Source of the DNA: Octopus bimaculoides
Lineage: Eukaryota
NCBI RefSeq assembly: GCF_001194135.2
Contig: NC_068989.1
Span: 2,260,191-2,324,190, forward strand
DNA length: 64,000 bases
Reading direction: 5' to 3'
Below the pieces are notes generated by a model. It was not told where the DNA came from. It saw nothing but the letters and a program-made list of their open reading frames with translations, and searched no databases. The translations under genes and the position numbers were made by a program. Of this stretch, positions 13,990 through 25,356 are shown piece by piece; positions within the stretch are counted from its first letter, which is position 1; the number at the start of each line of letters is the position of its first letter.

Positions 13990-14450
13990 TGAACTTTTCT
14001 GCTTATTGCTGCATATACCAAATATACAAACCATATTCGCCCTTCGGTTTGGGATTTTTCTGAGCGGAATCAATGTATTTTTTATATAACTTTTGACATT
14101 AATTGCTAACTTGCAACTGATGTTTCACTCACTGAACGATCCTATTTTTAAAATGCAATCACATCTTTTATTACTCGCTGGAATTTTAAAATGAGCTTTC
14201 CATATTTCCAGTTACTTTGCTCTCGGAGAGAAGCATATTGGTTTTCTCCCCTTTTTCTTGAACCTCTCCCGTAGATTGCTTATTTTTCTCAAAGTTTGTT
14301 TTTTTCTTATAATACTCAGTGATTGCTTGCGATCTTTTAAGTACCTCATATCTTCTGCTTCAACATTTTGTCCCCCAATTGTTCATTCCTTTATTCTTGC
14401 TTATTCCTTATTCCTATTTTTTGTCTTTTTTTAGTAAGTTTGGTATATTT
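13990..14450 (-). mobile_element. Possible RTE-like LINE ORF remnant
   Basis: Minus-strand LEIWKAHFK resembles the RTE endonuclease-RT linker (RLxxWKxHFxNLL). Heavily decayed. Confidence 0.35.
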
Positions 14451-14512
14451 GGGAATTAGGGATGATTGTTTTTCATCGCAGATAGAATAAGTACCGGGCT
14501 TTAAATATATAT

Positions 14513-14582
14513 ATTTTTTTAGTCGAATGAATCAACTCCAGTATATATATATACTGGAGTTGATTCATTCGACTAAAAAAAT
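14513..14582. repeat. 70-bp perfect palindrome
   Basis: ATTTTTTTAGTCGAATGAATCAACTCCAG-(TA)6-CTGGAGTTGATTCATTCGACTAAAAAAAT; checked base by base. Confidence 0.95.
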
Positions 14583-14626
14583 TTTAGAAATTTCAACGAG
14601 GTACCAAAGCATGGTTGCAATCTATT

Positions 14627-14840
14627 CTTTTCTACTCTAGGCACAAGGCCCGAATTTTTTGGGGAGGGGCTCAGTCGATTAAATCGAACTCAGTACGCAA
14701 CTGGTACTTAATTTATCGACCCCGAAAGGATGAAGGGCAAAGTTGACCTCGACGGAATTTGAACTCAGAACGTAAAGACAGACGAAATGCCGCTAAGCAT
14801 TTCGCCCGGCGTGCTAACGTTCCTGCCAGCTCACCGACTT
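14627..14840 (-). mobile_element. SINE family A, full length, with 16-bp imperfect TSD
   Basis: High similarity to the 50081 copy. Flanked by atggttgcaatctatt (14611-14626) and atggtcgtaatctatt (14841-14856). Confidence 0.9.
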
Positions 14841-15554
14841 ATGGTCGTAATCTATTGACTTACGAAGTCGAAGATAAAAGATAAATGACGTATATATTCA
14901 TTTCTATATAAATACACATGAATACCCGTACATACATACATACATACATACATACATACATACATAATACACACAAGCACACATACGCACACATATATTT
15001 ATATATCTACACACATATATGTGTATATATACACATATACGTGTCTGCGTGTGTCTGCGTATGTGCGTGCGTCTGTTTGTGTGTGAGTGTGTGTGTTTTA
15101 ATATATCTCATAAAATACTCGAGAGGGTCTCCTTTTAAGCTATTGATTTTTAAGAAAGTTCTAGATTTCTAAAAATCAAATTACTTAGTATATTCAGATT
15201 TTTGTTTCTTTGTATATATAGAATTTACACTTATTCATAGCTAAGACTCATTAATCGTTGCTTTTGGCATAATTATTTTCTAGATTAAAAACATCTGTAG
15301 TCATACGATTTATTCTGTGAAATCTAATGTCTACGTGCAAGCTCTCTTTACAATGCAAGCTCGAACTTTGCTGAAGACTATTGTCTTAGATTCGTCGTTT
15401 CTGAAATTTTTTTAGAATTTGGCATTGTTCACATAGAATACAGACTTGTGGCTTATTTCTACATTGATTTCGACGTTGCATTTGTCTAAGAGAAAACTTC
15501 AGCAGTTACAATTAATTAATCTTGTAGAATAAACATAGGCATTAAGACATTGGT

Positions 15555-15765
15555 TTGAAATTTTGATACAAGGTCCGCAATTTCGGAGAAAGGGTCAAGC
15601 TGACTACATTGACCCCAGTGCTCAAGTGGTACTGATTTTATCGATATCGAAAGGATGAAATGCAAAGTGGACTCCGGCGAAATTTGAACTTAGAACGTAA
15701 AGATTGTAAAGATGGACGAAATCGCTAAGCATTATGTCCAGTATGCTAACAACAATTCAGACAGT
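15555..15765 (-). mobile_element. SINE family A (diverged)
   Basis: gaccccagtgctcaagtggtactgattttatcga...aaatttgaacttagaacgtaaag. Confidence 0.75.
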
Positions 15766-16759
15766 TCAAATCTTACCGAGGTTAGCTTCGCTTTTCCTCA
15801 ATTCGTGGTCCATAAAATAAAGTACCCGTTCGACTAATTCCTTCCCCTCAGAAATGCAGGCCTTATCCCTAAATCCCAAACCATTTGTTAAGGTCTGCAT
15901 CAATCAAGCAGACACACAATCAAAACATCGTTCCTGCTATGACCATCTTTCATTTTCTGTGTATGAGAAAACCAGATTGTCCATTGTGTCCCTTTTTTAA
16001 AGAAAGTAATATTTTGAGAAAGATTTGACTGTTCTTTCTAGCCTGTCGATCGACCACTTAGAGACTCGCCTGGCAGTTCGATTGGGTTATTATCTTGAAG
16101 TGACACAGTCATTTCCGAGAAAAAGTGATCTTATAATTTGATTGGTTAAAAATATCCACACCACTATACAATATAATAGACATGTTCCTGTACACGACCG
16201 ATCGATCTGTTAGAAATAATAGCCAACAGAAGCGTTATTCGGCCATTTTAAAAAAGAAAAATATAAAACGCATTGGATAGTGCAGTCCGAGATGGACTAA
16301 GCTTTCGGTGACAGCCATGACACCTTTGATCTTAGGACTGCTTAGTTAGACTATTAGTTAGGCTAACAACATTATTATCAACAACAACAATAACCATCAC
16401 TTCTAAATCTTATCGATTAAAGACAGACGGTATTTCCAATAGCTTTTCAGGTGATCTTTCAAAATATCTGTGCTGATGAATTGGGAAAAGAGGCCTGAAT
16501 TGGAGAAGATAACAGTTTTGTAGTAATCGAGATGAATTTCTATGTTTGGTTATAATAATTACTTTCTGTGAGGAAACTTGGTAACCGCAGCCTTTGTGAC
16601 GCAATGGCTACCACGGACTTCCGATTCTTTTATTACAACATCGTCTCGTGTGAAATGAATTTATAAGATTGAAACAGTCATAGACGATAGCTTCGAGAAT
16701 CTTCTCGTATTTCTTGAACTAAGTTTTATTCTTGGAATCTTGGAATCTTGGAATCTTTT

Positions 16760-16890
16760 ATCTTTCACTTGTTTCAGTCATTAGGCTGCGGTCATACTGG
16801 GGCACCGCCTTGAAAAATTTTATTCGAAACGAGAACATAAACACTCCAATACTGGTTGTCAAGCGGTGGGGTAGGAGCAAACCATATCCA
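16760..16890 (-). mobile_element. SINE family D 3' part (deleted)
   Basis: cacttgtttcagtcattaggctgcggtcatactggggcaccgcc...ggttgtcaagcg. Confidence 0.75.
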
Positions 16891-16905
16891 CACACACACA
16901 CATAC

Positions 16906-16962
<57 letters not shown>

Positions 16963-16965
<3 letters not shown>

Positions 16966-17110
16966 GGTTGGTGCATAACTATTGCGGCTTTTTATTAACA
17001 AATTTTATTCAACAAAAACAATAACAACATGTAACAAAAACATCTTTAAATGATTATTCCGGAGCATATTCACCATCTACTTCAATTACTGCTTCCGATT
17101 TGCTTGCCTT
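16963..17110 (-). mobile_element. Mariner 3' end (TIR plus transposase C-terminus)
   Basis: TTGGGTTGGTGCATAACTATTGCGG resembles the Hsmar1/MADE1-type TIR. Minus strand encodes SKSEAVIEVDGEYAPE* (stop 17054-17056). Abuts a (TA)n run. Confidence 0.75.
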
Positions 17111-17139
17111 CATTTGCTGACCGTCATTTAAATATGTTT

Positions 17140-17252
17140 TTGGTCGGCCCAAGTCTATAGCAGATGACACTTAATCCAAGGTACCACACAGTGGGACTGA
17201 ACCTGGGACTATGTGGCTGGGAAACAAACAAACTTCTTACCACACAGCCACG
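17140..17252 (-). mobile_element. SINE family D 5' part
   Basis: gatgacacttaatccaaggtaccacacagtgggactgaacc...cttaccacacagccac. Confidence 0.75.
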
Positions 17253-17994
17253 CCTGTATAAGAGTTTAAAATCTTCAATTTTTACGGTTATTTTATTTTT
17301 CATTTTTAGTTCAAGTTCTGATCTGAAATGACTCTTCTTTAGAGTGCATCAATAATGAATCATTAAATATTAAAAAGAAGAAAAGAACTAATTCTAATTA
17401 CGTACAATCATGAAAAAATGCATTAAATTCTAATGTTTATAAAAGCTGACACGTAAATTTCAATAAAAATCGTAATTATGCCAAATAAAAATCTAACGAA
17501 GAATAAAATCCAGAGCCATGATAAATGTCATAAAAAAAATATCTTGTCTAATTCCAAAAACTGGACGACATGTCCACAGTAATTCGATTAATCCAATAAA
17601 AGCGGTTATTTTCAGTCGATATTAAGCAACATTGTCTTTCCGAAGGACACTTAACATCTGATAACTGGTTTCCATAAGCGACAGTGTGATTAGTTTATGA
17701 CGTCAGATGGTCTTTAAAAGTTTAGACATTAATTCGTTGTCGCTGACCATCGACTGATGAATGATGCCGATCTGATAAATGTGAATACAGCAACCGTGTA
17801 GCTGACGATTTGTATTCCTAGTAAATCGTGCAGCCATTCAGACATATATCTAACATGAAGGGCAAAACTATTATCGTGATTTTGATGTATGTGCCTCCAA
17901 TTCTTCCAAAAAGCCGGACACCTATTATTCTAACAGCGATGTCAGTTGTTCTAAAATCTGAACGAATTATTCATTGAGTTAGCTTTCGAAATAG

Positions 17995-18235
17995 CCGAGT
18001 ATTCCACAGACGCGTGTATCATCAACGTAATTATCGAATAAAATCAGCGTGGCACGTGTGGCTAGACTGGAATTTAGAATTACAAGAACGAAGCTTCTAC
18101 CTACAATGTTTCATTGAAATAGCGTAAGTCGAGCGGATGTCTTGGCAATGACAGTTGCCTGAAGTATCATTCGGCGAGTTTGAACACGAGATCACAAGAT
18201 TGCTAAGCGAGGTAACCAATCCAGGCATGACTTCG
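17995..18235 (-). mobile_element. SINE family B (diverged)
   Basis: gccgagtattccacagacgcgtgt... is reverse-complement similar to the 6172 copy. Confidence 0.55.
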
Positions 18236-18454
18236 GAGATATATATTTACTCTTTTCTACTCAAACAAAATTACTTTCCAAATGATAATGTAGAAATTGG
18301 TGCTGTCGGTTAACATGCGCTTTGAGCATGCCTTGCATATAGAGTTGGGCCAATATACGTGCATCTTCAGTTAGATCAACTGGGTTTTCGTTTATTCAGC
18401 GCATCAAATGCCTGGGTTGAAATATAATATTCCTGAGCAGTGCATTATAAAAGA

Positions 18455-18765
18455 GTAAAGACCCCGTTCAGCCATAAGTGACCATAGGATTGCACCTAGG
18501 ACGTTCCCCTCCGAGGCACAAGTCCGGACAAGGTTGTTTATGGAAGACCACCAATGGCCCAGCATTTCCCTCTCCACGTCACTGATGTTATTCATTGGAA
18601 AAGCAAAGACCGATAAAGCCTGCCACTAGTGACGTTGCAACTCATTTCTAGAGTTGAGTGAACTGAAGCAACATGACTTGCTCAAGAACACAACGCACAC
18701 TTTAGTCCGGGAATTGAACTCACTACCTCATGATTATGAACCCGACGCTCTAACCGCTGAACCAG
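18455..18765 (-). mobile_element. tRNA-derived SINE, family C
   Basis: Colinear with 5240-5594 (ccgaggcacaagtccggacaaggttgtttatggaagacca...ttgctcaagaacacaac). Confidence 0.85.
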
Positions 18766-19097
18766 ACACTGTATTATCCGCTTATGTATAGCTTGTTCTG
18801 TTCCACAATACTACCAGCGGACCTAATTAAACATCTAATTATAATTATATTGGGACATTGACATATTTTGAAATACAGCCATATGACACACCATCCCGCT
18901 CACTAGATAATAAAACCGAGCGTCAGTGTTCGATAAATAAATGAATACATAAACTTATGTGCGTGTGTATGTGTCCGTTTGCTATGTTTGTATGCATTTG
19001 CTTATTTACATGTGACGTGTAGACAGTATGATCTATATATAACAGCTTAAAACACCTGTGCATAAATTGTATTACCTTTATTGAGGTAAAGCGACGC

Positions 19098-19144
<47 letters not shown>

Positions 19145-19146
19145 CG

Positions 19147-19187
<41 letters not shown>

Positions 19188-19436
19188 NNNNNNNNNNNNN
19201 NNNNNNNNNNNNNNNNNNNNNNNNNNNNNNNNNNNNNNNNNNNNNNNNNNNNNNNNNNNNNNNNNNNNNNNNNNNNNNNNNNNNNNNNNNNNNNNNNNNN
19301 NNNNNNNNNNNNNNNNNNNNNNNNNNNNNNNNNNNNNNNNNNNNNNNNNNNNNNNNNNNNNNNNNNNNNNNNNNNNNNNNNNNNNNNNNNNNNNNNNNNN
19401 NNNNNNNNNNNNNNNNNNNNNNNNNNNATATATACA

Positions 19437-20050
19437 CACTGAAGCGGAAAGGAAACGCGATTTTTTCAAATGTCTTTTTTATATGGTAAATTCTGAAAAT
19501 TTATTTCGGGGATGTAAGTGCAAATATTCCAAGTCATGCAGGTTTATTGCTGAGACCCAAATTGCAGGTAACCTTTCAACTTTCCCTGAAAGAAGACATC
19601 AGAACTCAGCTGCGTTGAATGCCGCCCTGGCTGTTGTGAAAGCTTACAATGTCCATGTTAGCACCATCCATCGGGTGCAACAGCGATACAACATCAACAA
19701 CAACACTGCAGACCGTGCCCGCAGAGGGCGCCTCCTTACGATCACGCCCAAGTAGGACCGCTTCATCCACCTGCAACCCCTCTCTGATCGCTTCAGACTG
19801 GCCCACGTCACATCTCGCGAGGCCATTGTGACGACACAGTACGATGTCGACTGGTCGCCAACAACCTTCATTACCGTCGTCCTGCTCGAGGGCCTGTCCT
19901 GACCGTCTGCCACCGTCAGGCACGACTACAGTGGGCTACACAGTACCTAAATTAGCGGCATCAACATTGGAGGTCGATAGTTTTCTCTTATGAGAACCGG
20001 TACTGCGTTTCCACCCCATGGATCGTAGAGTGAGAGTATAGCGTATGGAG
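19437..20050 (+). mobile_element. Tc1-family transposon, 5' part (pseudogenised transposase)
   Basis: Possible left TIR CACTGAAGCGGAAAGGAAACGC. Translation across stops and frameshifts: AYNVHVSTIHRVQQRY...ADRARRGR..ITPK*DRFI / TVRCRLVANNLHYRRPARGPVLTVCHRQARLQWATQYLN*RHQHWRSIVFSYENRYC / DRRVRV*R. These are the Tc1 HTH and first-D region. Confidence 0.9.
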
Positions 20051-20084
20051 TATAGAGGTCTTTTGTAAGCAGTTGCTGATCTGT

Positions 20085-20420
20085 TTGGATTCATAGATTT
20101 TAGGACATTTATAAAAGTACATTTGCTTTCACTTCAAAATTACTGACGTAATCCAACTCATTTTTTGTTAAGACATACTTGAATTCTTTTGGCAAATTTG
20201 CCGTTTTCGTTCATAGTTCGTTTATCAGTATTGCTATCTAGTTATCTGTAGAATTGCTGGTCATTGAGTTGCTCTAACACCATTTTCCTGTAATGGGTCT
20301 TCTTCATTATTACAATGGCTTCTCTTTTACAGATTCTTAAAAAAATATAGATGAGTCTTCTTGTTGTCATTGTAATGCCTTTTATTCTTCATATGCAATA
20401 TTTTGTTTCAGAGGGTGTGC
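20085..20420 (-). mobile_element. Penelope-like element remnant (pre-RT region)
   Basis: Minus strand reads AIVIMKKTHYRKMVLEQLNDQQFY*LDSNTDKRTM...LTKNELDYVSNFEVK. This matches the PLE 'DKGxAxVIMDxxxY...LTxKExDYLTNF...PKIHK' region. Confidence 0.7.
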
Positions 20421-20458
20421 TGGAAGGTTTTAGCTAGAAGACCTTTCCAGGAATATTG

Positions 20459-20578
20459 TATACTCTTTTCTATTCCAGGCAAAAGGCCCGAAATCTGAAC
20501 TCAGAACGTAACGGCAGACGAAACACCGCTAAGCATTTCGCCCGGCGTGTTAACGTTTCCGCCAACTCGCCTCCTTAG
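20459..20578 (-). mobile_element. SINE family A, internally deleted
   Basis: Tail aggcaaaaggcccgaaat is joined directly to gaactcagaacgtaacggcagacgaaa...cgcccggcgtgttaacg. Confidence 0.8.
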
Positions 20579-21769
20579 GCATATTATGTATATCTCCAGG
20601 TGTTTGTTTCTGTTTATCGAGGTTTTAAACTTGCTTTGTTCTGCACAAGCAATGGGTCATCTTTGTGATTTCTCTGAAAGAATTTGTATGTAAGTACGTA
20701 TGTATATATAATANNNNNNNNNNNNNNNNNNNNNNNNNNNNNNNNNNNNNNNNNNNNNNNNNNNNNNNNNNNNNNNNNNNNNNNNNNNNNNNNNNNNNNN
20801 NNNNNNNNNNNNNNNNNNNNNNNNNNNNNNNNNNNNATTTACATTTACATGTATATATATATATAATTCAAGACACAAGATTTAGATATGAGCCAATTTG
20901 AATTTCATATTCGGATAGTGATTTATACGATGTGTGTAAATTGTATGTTTTTACTCTTACAGTGAAACATAAATGCCATTTCTCTAAGTGACAGTGTTTA
21001 CGAAAATCACTGCAATGTATGTTTGAACATAAAACAGTTTAAACAGAATGAGATCCAAAGCGAGTTATCTCCCTCTGCATTAATTCAAATAAGTAATGAG
21101 TTATTTAAATCACTGCAATGTTAACATTTGAGGGATCGGCTGCGCTAAATGCAAAATGATAATTTCATATATGCGAATCGGAGTAGATCTTGCTACTCGA
21201 CAGATTATTCTCTTAATCACTCTAGATTTTTTATTCCTTAAATTTCCAATCTTCCTGGTGCTTTGTAAATATCGCTAATGTCTTTGTTGCGACAAATATA
21301 CAGTTGTTTTCAATAATTGGTGAAGAATAATTGCTTCAAACTGACACATTAATTGTACAGACAGACGATAATTAAGTAGACTAATAAACCAGCTTATAAA
21401 GAAAAAACCTTTTCTGATTTTCGCGTTTCCTCTATGCCTGAATACAAAAGTAATTCAGATTGCAAATAAAGTAAAGTATTTACATACACACACATACACA
21501 CACATACATACTCACACACATATTTGCATATATCAAATTAATCAGGATTTCAAGTAGTAATGCAGTACGACCGTTTCAAGCGGCTCCATTTAGTTGAACA
21601 ATGCAATCATTGCATCAAATTTAATACACCGATATCTTCAGCTGCACAAATATGGAACTTCAACAAACAAGATACATTAATATAATTTCTCTTAAATATT
21701 TTAACAGAGCAAGAAGATGGAAGAAATTCAAGTTGTCGCTATTGTAGGAAGAATAGCTAAGAGAAGAGG

Positions 21770-22158
21770 CTACAATTTTCGTGATCACATAAACCCTTAA
21801 CATTTGGCCTCCTAATTCCCCAGATCTCAATCCATTGGACTATTACACGTGGAGTGTTGTTGAGAGAGAGGTCAATGAACACACCCATGACACCAAAAAT
21901 TCTTTGAAAGCTGCCATAGTCAGAGTAATGTCCAAAAACGAACCAGGGACCACTTGATTCGAGCATGGAGATGATTTAGATCTCATATAAAAGCAGTTGT
22001 TGAAGCTGAAAGAGGCTTTATTGAATAACATTATAGAAAAGAAGGTTTATTTTTATCCTTATAGCATTTTTCGATAAATAAAGTTATTACTTGCTATTAT
22101 ATATCTGTTTTTTTTTCGTAAAGATAAATTTGTCCTCAAATATCTTACGCACCCTATA
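21770..22158 (+). mobile_element. maT/DD37D-type Tc1/mariner 3' end
   Basis: NIWPPNSPDLNPLDYYTWSVVEREVNEHTHDTKNSLKAAIVRVMS...IKAVVEAERGFIE* (stop 22026-22028). Terminal caccctata resembles a maT-like TIR end. Confidence 0.85.
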
Positions 22159-22488
22159 TGAAGAATGAGGGAAACGGAAAAGGAAAGAGGAGTGGTCAGG
22201 TGACTTTTGATTATTTTTTGACATCACGGAGAAGCATAGAGCTTGTTAGTGCGTGGAAGGTTAGCATGGAAGGACCCGTATGCTTGCAACAGAACGAAGA
22301 ATGCCAACTGCATCCAAGGGCCAGATGCTGATGGTGATATTAAAGAGGGCCGCTCGGTGCATTAACCTTTCCCTAAAACGGGAGACGTTTTACACTCTAT
22401 AGAGAAGGGATTCATTAGGAAGGGCAACGGCAAAAACAGCAGAATAGAAAAAAGAACGGCCTCAGCTGAGAACATGGTAGCAGTTGTG

Positions 22489-22524
22489 TTGGCAGCAGCA
22501 ATAGTAAGTAGTAGCATTAGTAGT

Positions 22525-22604
<80 letters not shown>

Positions 22605-22620
22605 CAGCAGCAGCAGCGGC
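22489..22620. repeat. (AGC)n(AGT)n trinucleotide microsatellite
   Basis: Direct repeat runs. Confidence 0.95.
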
Positions 22621-22996
22621 AGTGAAAGCAGTAGTAACCGAAGCAATAACGATAGAAGCGAGGGCAAGTAAGGTCATTGATGAAGCTTGGGTTAAAAGTA
22701 GGAGACGCGCTGTTGCAGCTGTTGAGGTTGTTGTTCTTGCTGTGGTTGTCGCTTATAGTATTGTTGTTGCTATTTACGTAGTACTTGTTGCCATTGTTCC
22801 TGTTGAAAAAGTGGCAGAGGAATATTAAATGAAATAAATTGTATTTAATAACCCTCCGTTTCGCTGACGTAACGTTTATTGATCATTAAGTATCAAAATC
22901 GTTGCTGTCGTTTTGTACAAAAGATGCGACAGACAAATATTAAATAGAATTCTTGTTTATTTGTATATATTAAAATTGTATTATTTTTATGACATA

Positions 22997-23087
22997 CTAG
23001 CAGAAATACCCGGCGTTGCCCGGGTTAAAGAGAATAATGAAATCTAAAAACGCCGTCTAGACTACGCATCATCTTTATATATAGAGA
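22997..23087 (-). mobile_element. 91-bp mini-Helitron forming the 3' end of the composite
   Basis: A|TCTCTATATATAAAG...ACCCGGGCAACGCCGGGT-ATTTCTG-CTAG|T. It has its own TC start, hairpin and CTAG end at an A|T site. Confidence 0.7.
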
Positions 23088-24355
23088 TGTATATACACAC
23101 ACGCACCCAAACACACGTATATATATGTATATCAATATAAATATATGAAAGTCAATGAAGTTTCGTAAAAGAAGGTGATCATGTACATACTTTCTTGCTG
23201 TTGTGATTATAACACCTCATTGTAAACTATGTTCCTTGTTTTCCCTTGTGGAGCATATACAAATAGGTTTTTTGTTGCTGCCCACTCTTGAGCAGCCAAC
23301 ATACAGNNNNNNNNNNNNNNNNNNNNNNNNNNNNNNNNNNNNNNNNNNNNNNNNNNNNNNNNNNNNNNNNNNNNNNNNNNNNNNNNNNNNNNNNNNNNNN
23401 NNNNNNNNNNNNNNNNNNNNNNNNNNNNNNNNNNNNNNNNNNNNNNNNNNNNNNNNNNNNNNNNNNNNNNNNNNNNNNNNNNNNNNNNNNNNNNNNNNNN
23501 NNNNNNNNNNNNNNNNNNNNNNNNNNNNNNNNNNNNNNNNNNNNNNNNNNNNNNNNNNNNNNNNNNNNNNNNNNNNNNNNNNNNNNNNNNNNNNNNNNNN
23601 NNNNNNNNNNNNNNNNNNNNNNNNNNNNNNNNNNNNNNNNNNNNNNNNNNNNNNNNNNNNNNNNNNNNNNNNNNNNNNNNNNNNNNNNNNNNNNNNNNNN
23701 NNNNNNNNNNNNNNNNNNNNNNNNNNNNNNNNNNNNNNNNNNNNNNNNNNNNNNNNNNNNNNNNNNNNNNNNNNNNNNNNNNNNNNNNNNNNNNNNNNNN
23801 NNNNNNNNNNNNNNNNNNNNNNNNNNNNNNNNNNNNNNNNNNNNNNNNNNNNNNNNNNNNNNNNNNNNNNNNNNNNNNNNNNNNNNNNNNNNNNNNNNNN
23901 NNNNNNNNNNNNNNNNNNNNNNNNNNNNNNNNNNNNNNNNNNNNNNNNNNNNNNNNNNNNNNNNNNNNNNNNNNNNNNNNNNNNNNNNNNNNNNNNNNNN
24001 NNNNNNNNNNNNNNNNNNNNNNNNNNNNNNNNNNNNNNNNNNNNNNNNNNNNNNNNNNNNNNNNNNNNNNNNNNNNNNNNNNNNNNNNNNNGTATCTGTC
24101 ACTACAGTATCGAAATGTGATTGTTTCAGTTAGTGGAATAGTTTCATTTTTAAAGTGAAAGTATTTGACATGAGTGTTTTTGTTTCACTTTTGACACGTA
24201 ATACTTAAATAGTGGAGGAGATATTATGTTGCCGTGTGCTCGAACTCTGCAAGAAGTTAATTTTTTTTGACTAAAACACAACTGGAATCCTAAGTAAGGC
24301 ATGTGTAAAATTTGAATGAAATTGGTTGCGTAGTTCTCGAGTTTTAGGGATTCAC

Positions 24356-24406
<51 letters not shown>

Positions 24407-24432
24407 CACATTCTCATTTTTATATATATAGA
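22997..24432 (-). mobile_element. Non-autonomous Helitron (composite, spans an N gap)
   Basis: 5' end A|TCTATATATATAAAAATGAGAA at 24432, followed by (TGTC)n. RepHel C-terminus LYVGCSRVGSNK(frameshift)LFVYAPQGKTRNIVYNEVL* at 23306-23207. 3' GC hairpin at 23008-23025 and CTAG|T at 22997. Linkage across the gap is assumed. Confidence 0.85.
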
Positions 24433-24808
24433 TGATAAGCACTCAATTTGACTTATAGTGAAAAGCGCCATATGCGCATCTGTTGTTGAAATACCTCTAA
24501 AGAACTATCAGCACACATTCTTACTTCCTTATTTCGCACGATCTGTGGAATTGTAATAACTCAGCCATTCTGTTGATTTATACAAATGCTTGGATCTAAA
24601 CCGATACTACTTGTTCATATTTTCAGTCTGCAATACATATATAGATGTATACACACATCTGCCTATATTGATAAACTTTACGTATGTGTACAAACATATA
24701 CATAATTCAATTATGCTTAAGCTATAAGCCATATAATAATATTAATGGTAGAAAAGACATTGAAATTGTAGATAGCGTTGGTAGTAAGATTTGGCTGGTG
24801 TGCAGCTA

Positions 24809-24868
24809 CCGGACGTCCGCCACTGAGGAGACCCGGTACGTCGAAACCACGTGATCTGGTAATTCCGG
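24809..24868 (+). ncRNA. Type I hammerhead ribozyme motif (one mismatch in helix III)
   Basis: CTGAGGA 24823-29; helix II GAC/GTC; GAAA 24843-46; helix III with palindromic CACGTG; AUC site ending 24856; helix I GCCA/TGGT plus CCGGA/TCCGG. Confidence 0.75.
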
Positions 24869-25325
24869 CGCTCGTAACACACGATTCTGGTCTGCTTTTA
24901 TGCACCATGCGTCCATATAAGAGGTCCGCTCAAGGTATAGAACGCAGTATTCGGCGGTCTAACAAAACAGCCACAGTAAGGTGGATATAAAGATTGCCTT
25001 TTAATATTTTTATTCTCTCACGATCATAACATTTCATTTCTAATTTATACATTTACGTATAGATGTGTTATTGTGACCTAATTCTATTAGGACCAGCTGT
25101 TTAAAACGATTGTACGTGTGAATATTTGAATACATGTGCTTATGTATGTAAACATATATATGTAGATGTATGTATATGTGTGGGTGTGTACATTTATGTT
25201 TATTGTATATTTTCGTTAGNNNNNNNNNNNNNNNNNNNNNNNNNNNNNNNNNNNNNNNNNNNNNNNNNNNNNNNNNNNNNNNNNNNNNNNNNNNNNNNNN
25301 NNNNNNNNNNNNNNNNNNNNNNNNN

Positions 25326-25356
<31 letters not shown>

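Noticed and set aside
3939-17705. Additional TGACGTCA (CRE) sites at 3939, 4286 and 17698
   Set aside because: Two lie inside or beside a TE remnant and none has promoter context; an 8-mer alone is uninformative.
21004-21121. 15-bp direct repeat AAATCACTGCAATGT around 88 bp as a TSD
   Set aside because: The interior has no recognisable element or tail, so it cannot be distinguished from a local duplication.
22362-22828. Poly-Ser/Leu/Ala ORFs
   Set aside because: Explained by the (AGC)n(AGT)n and (GTT)n repeats; no supporting exon structure.
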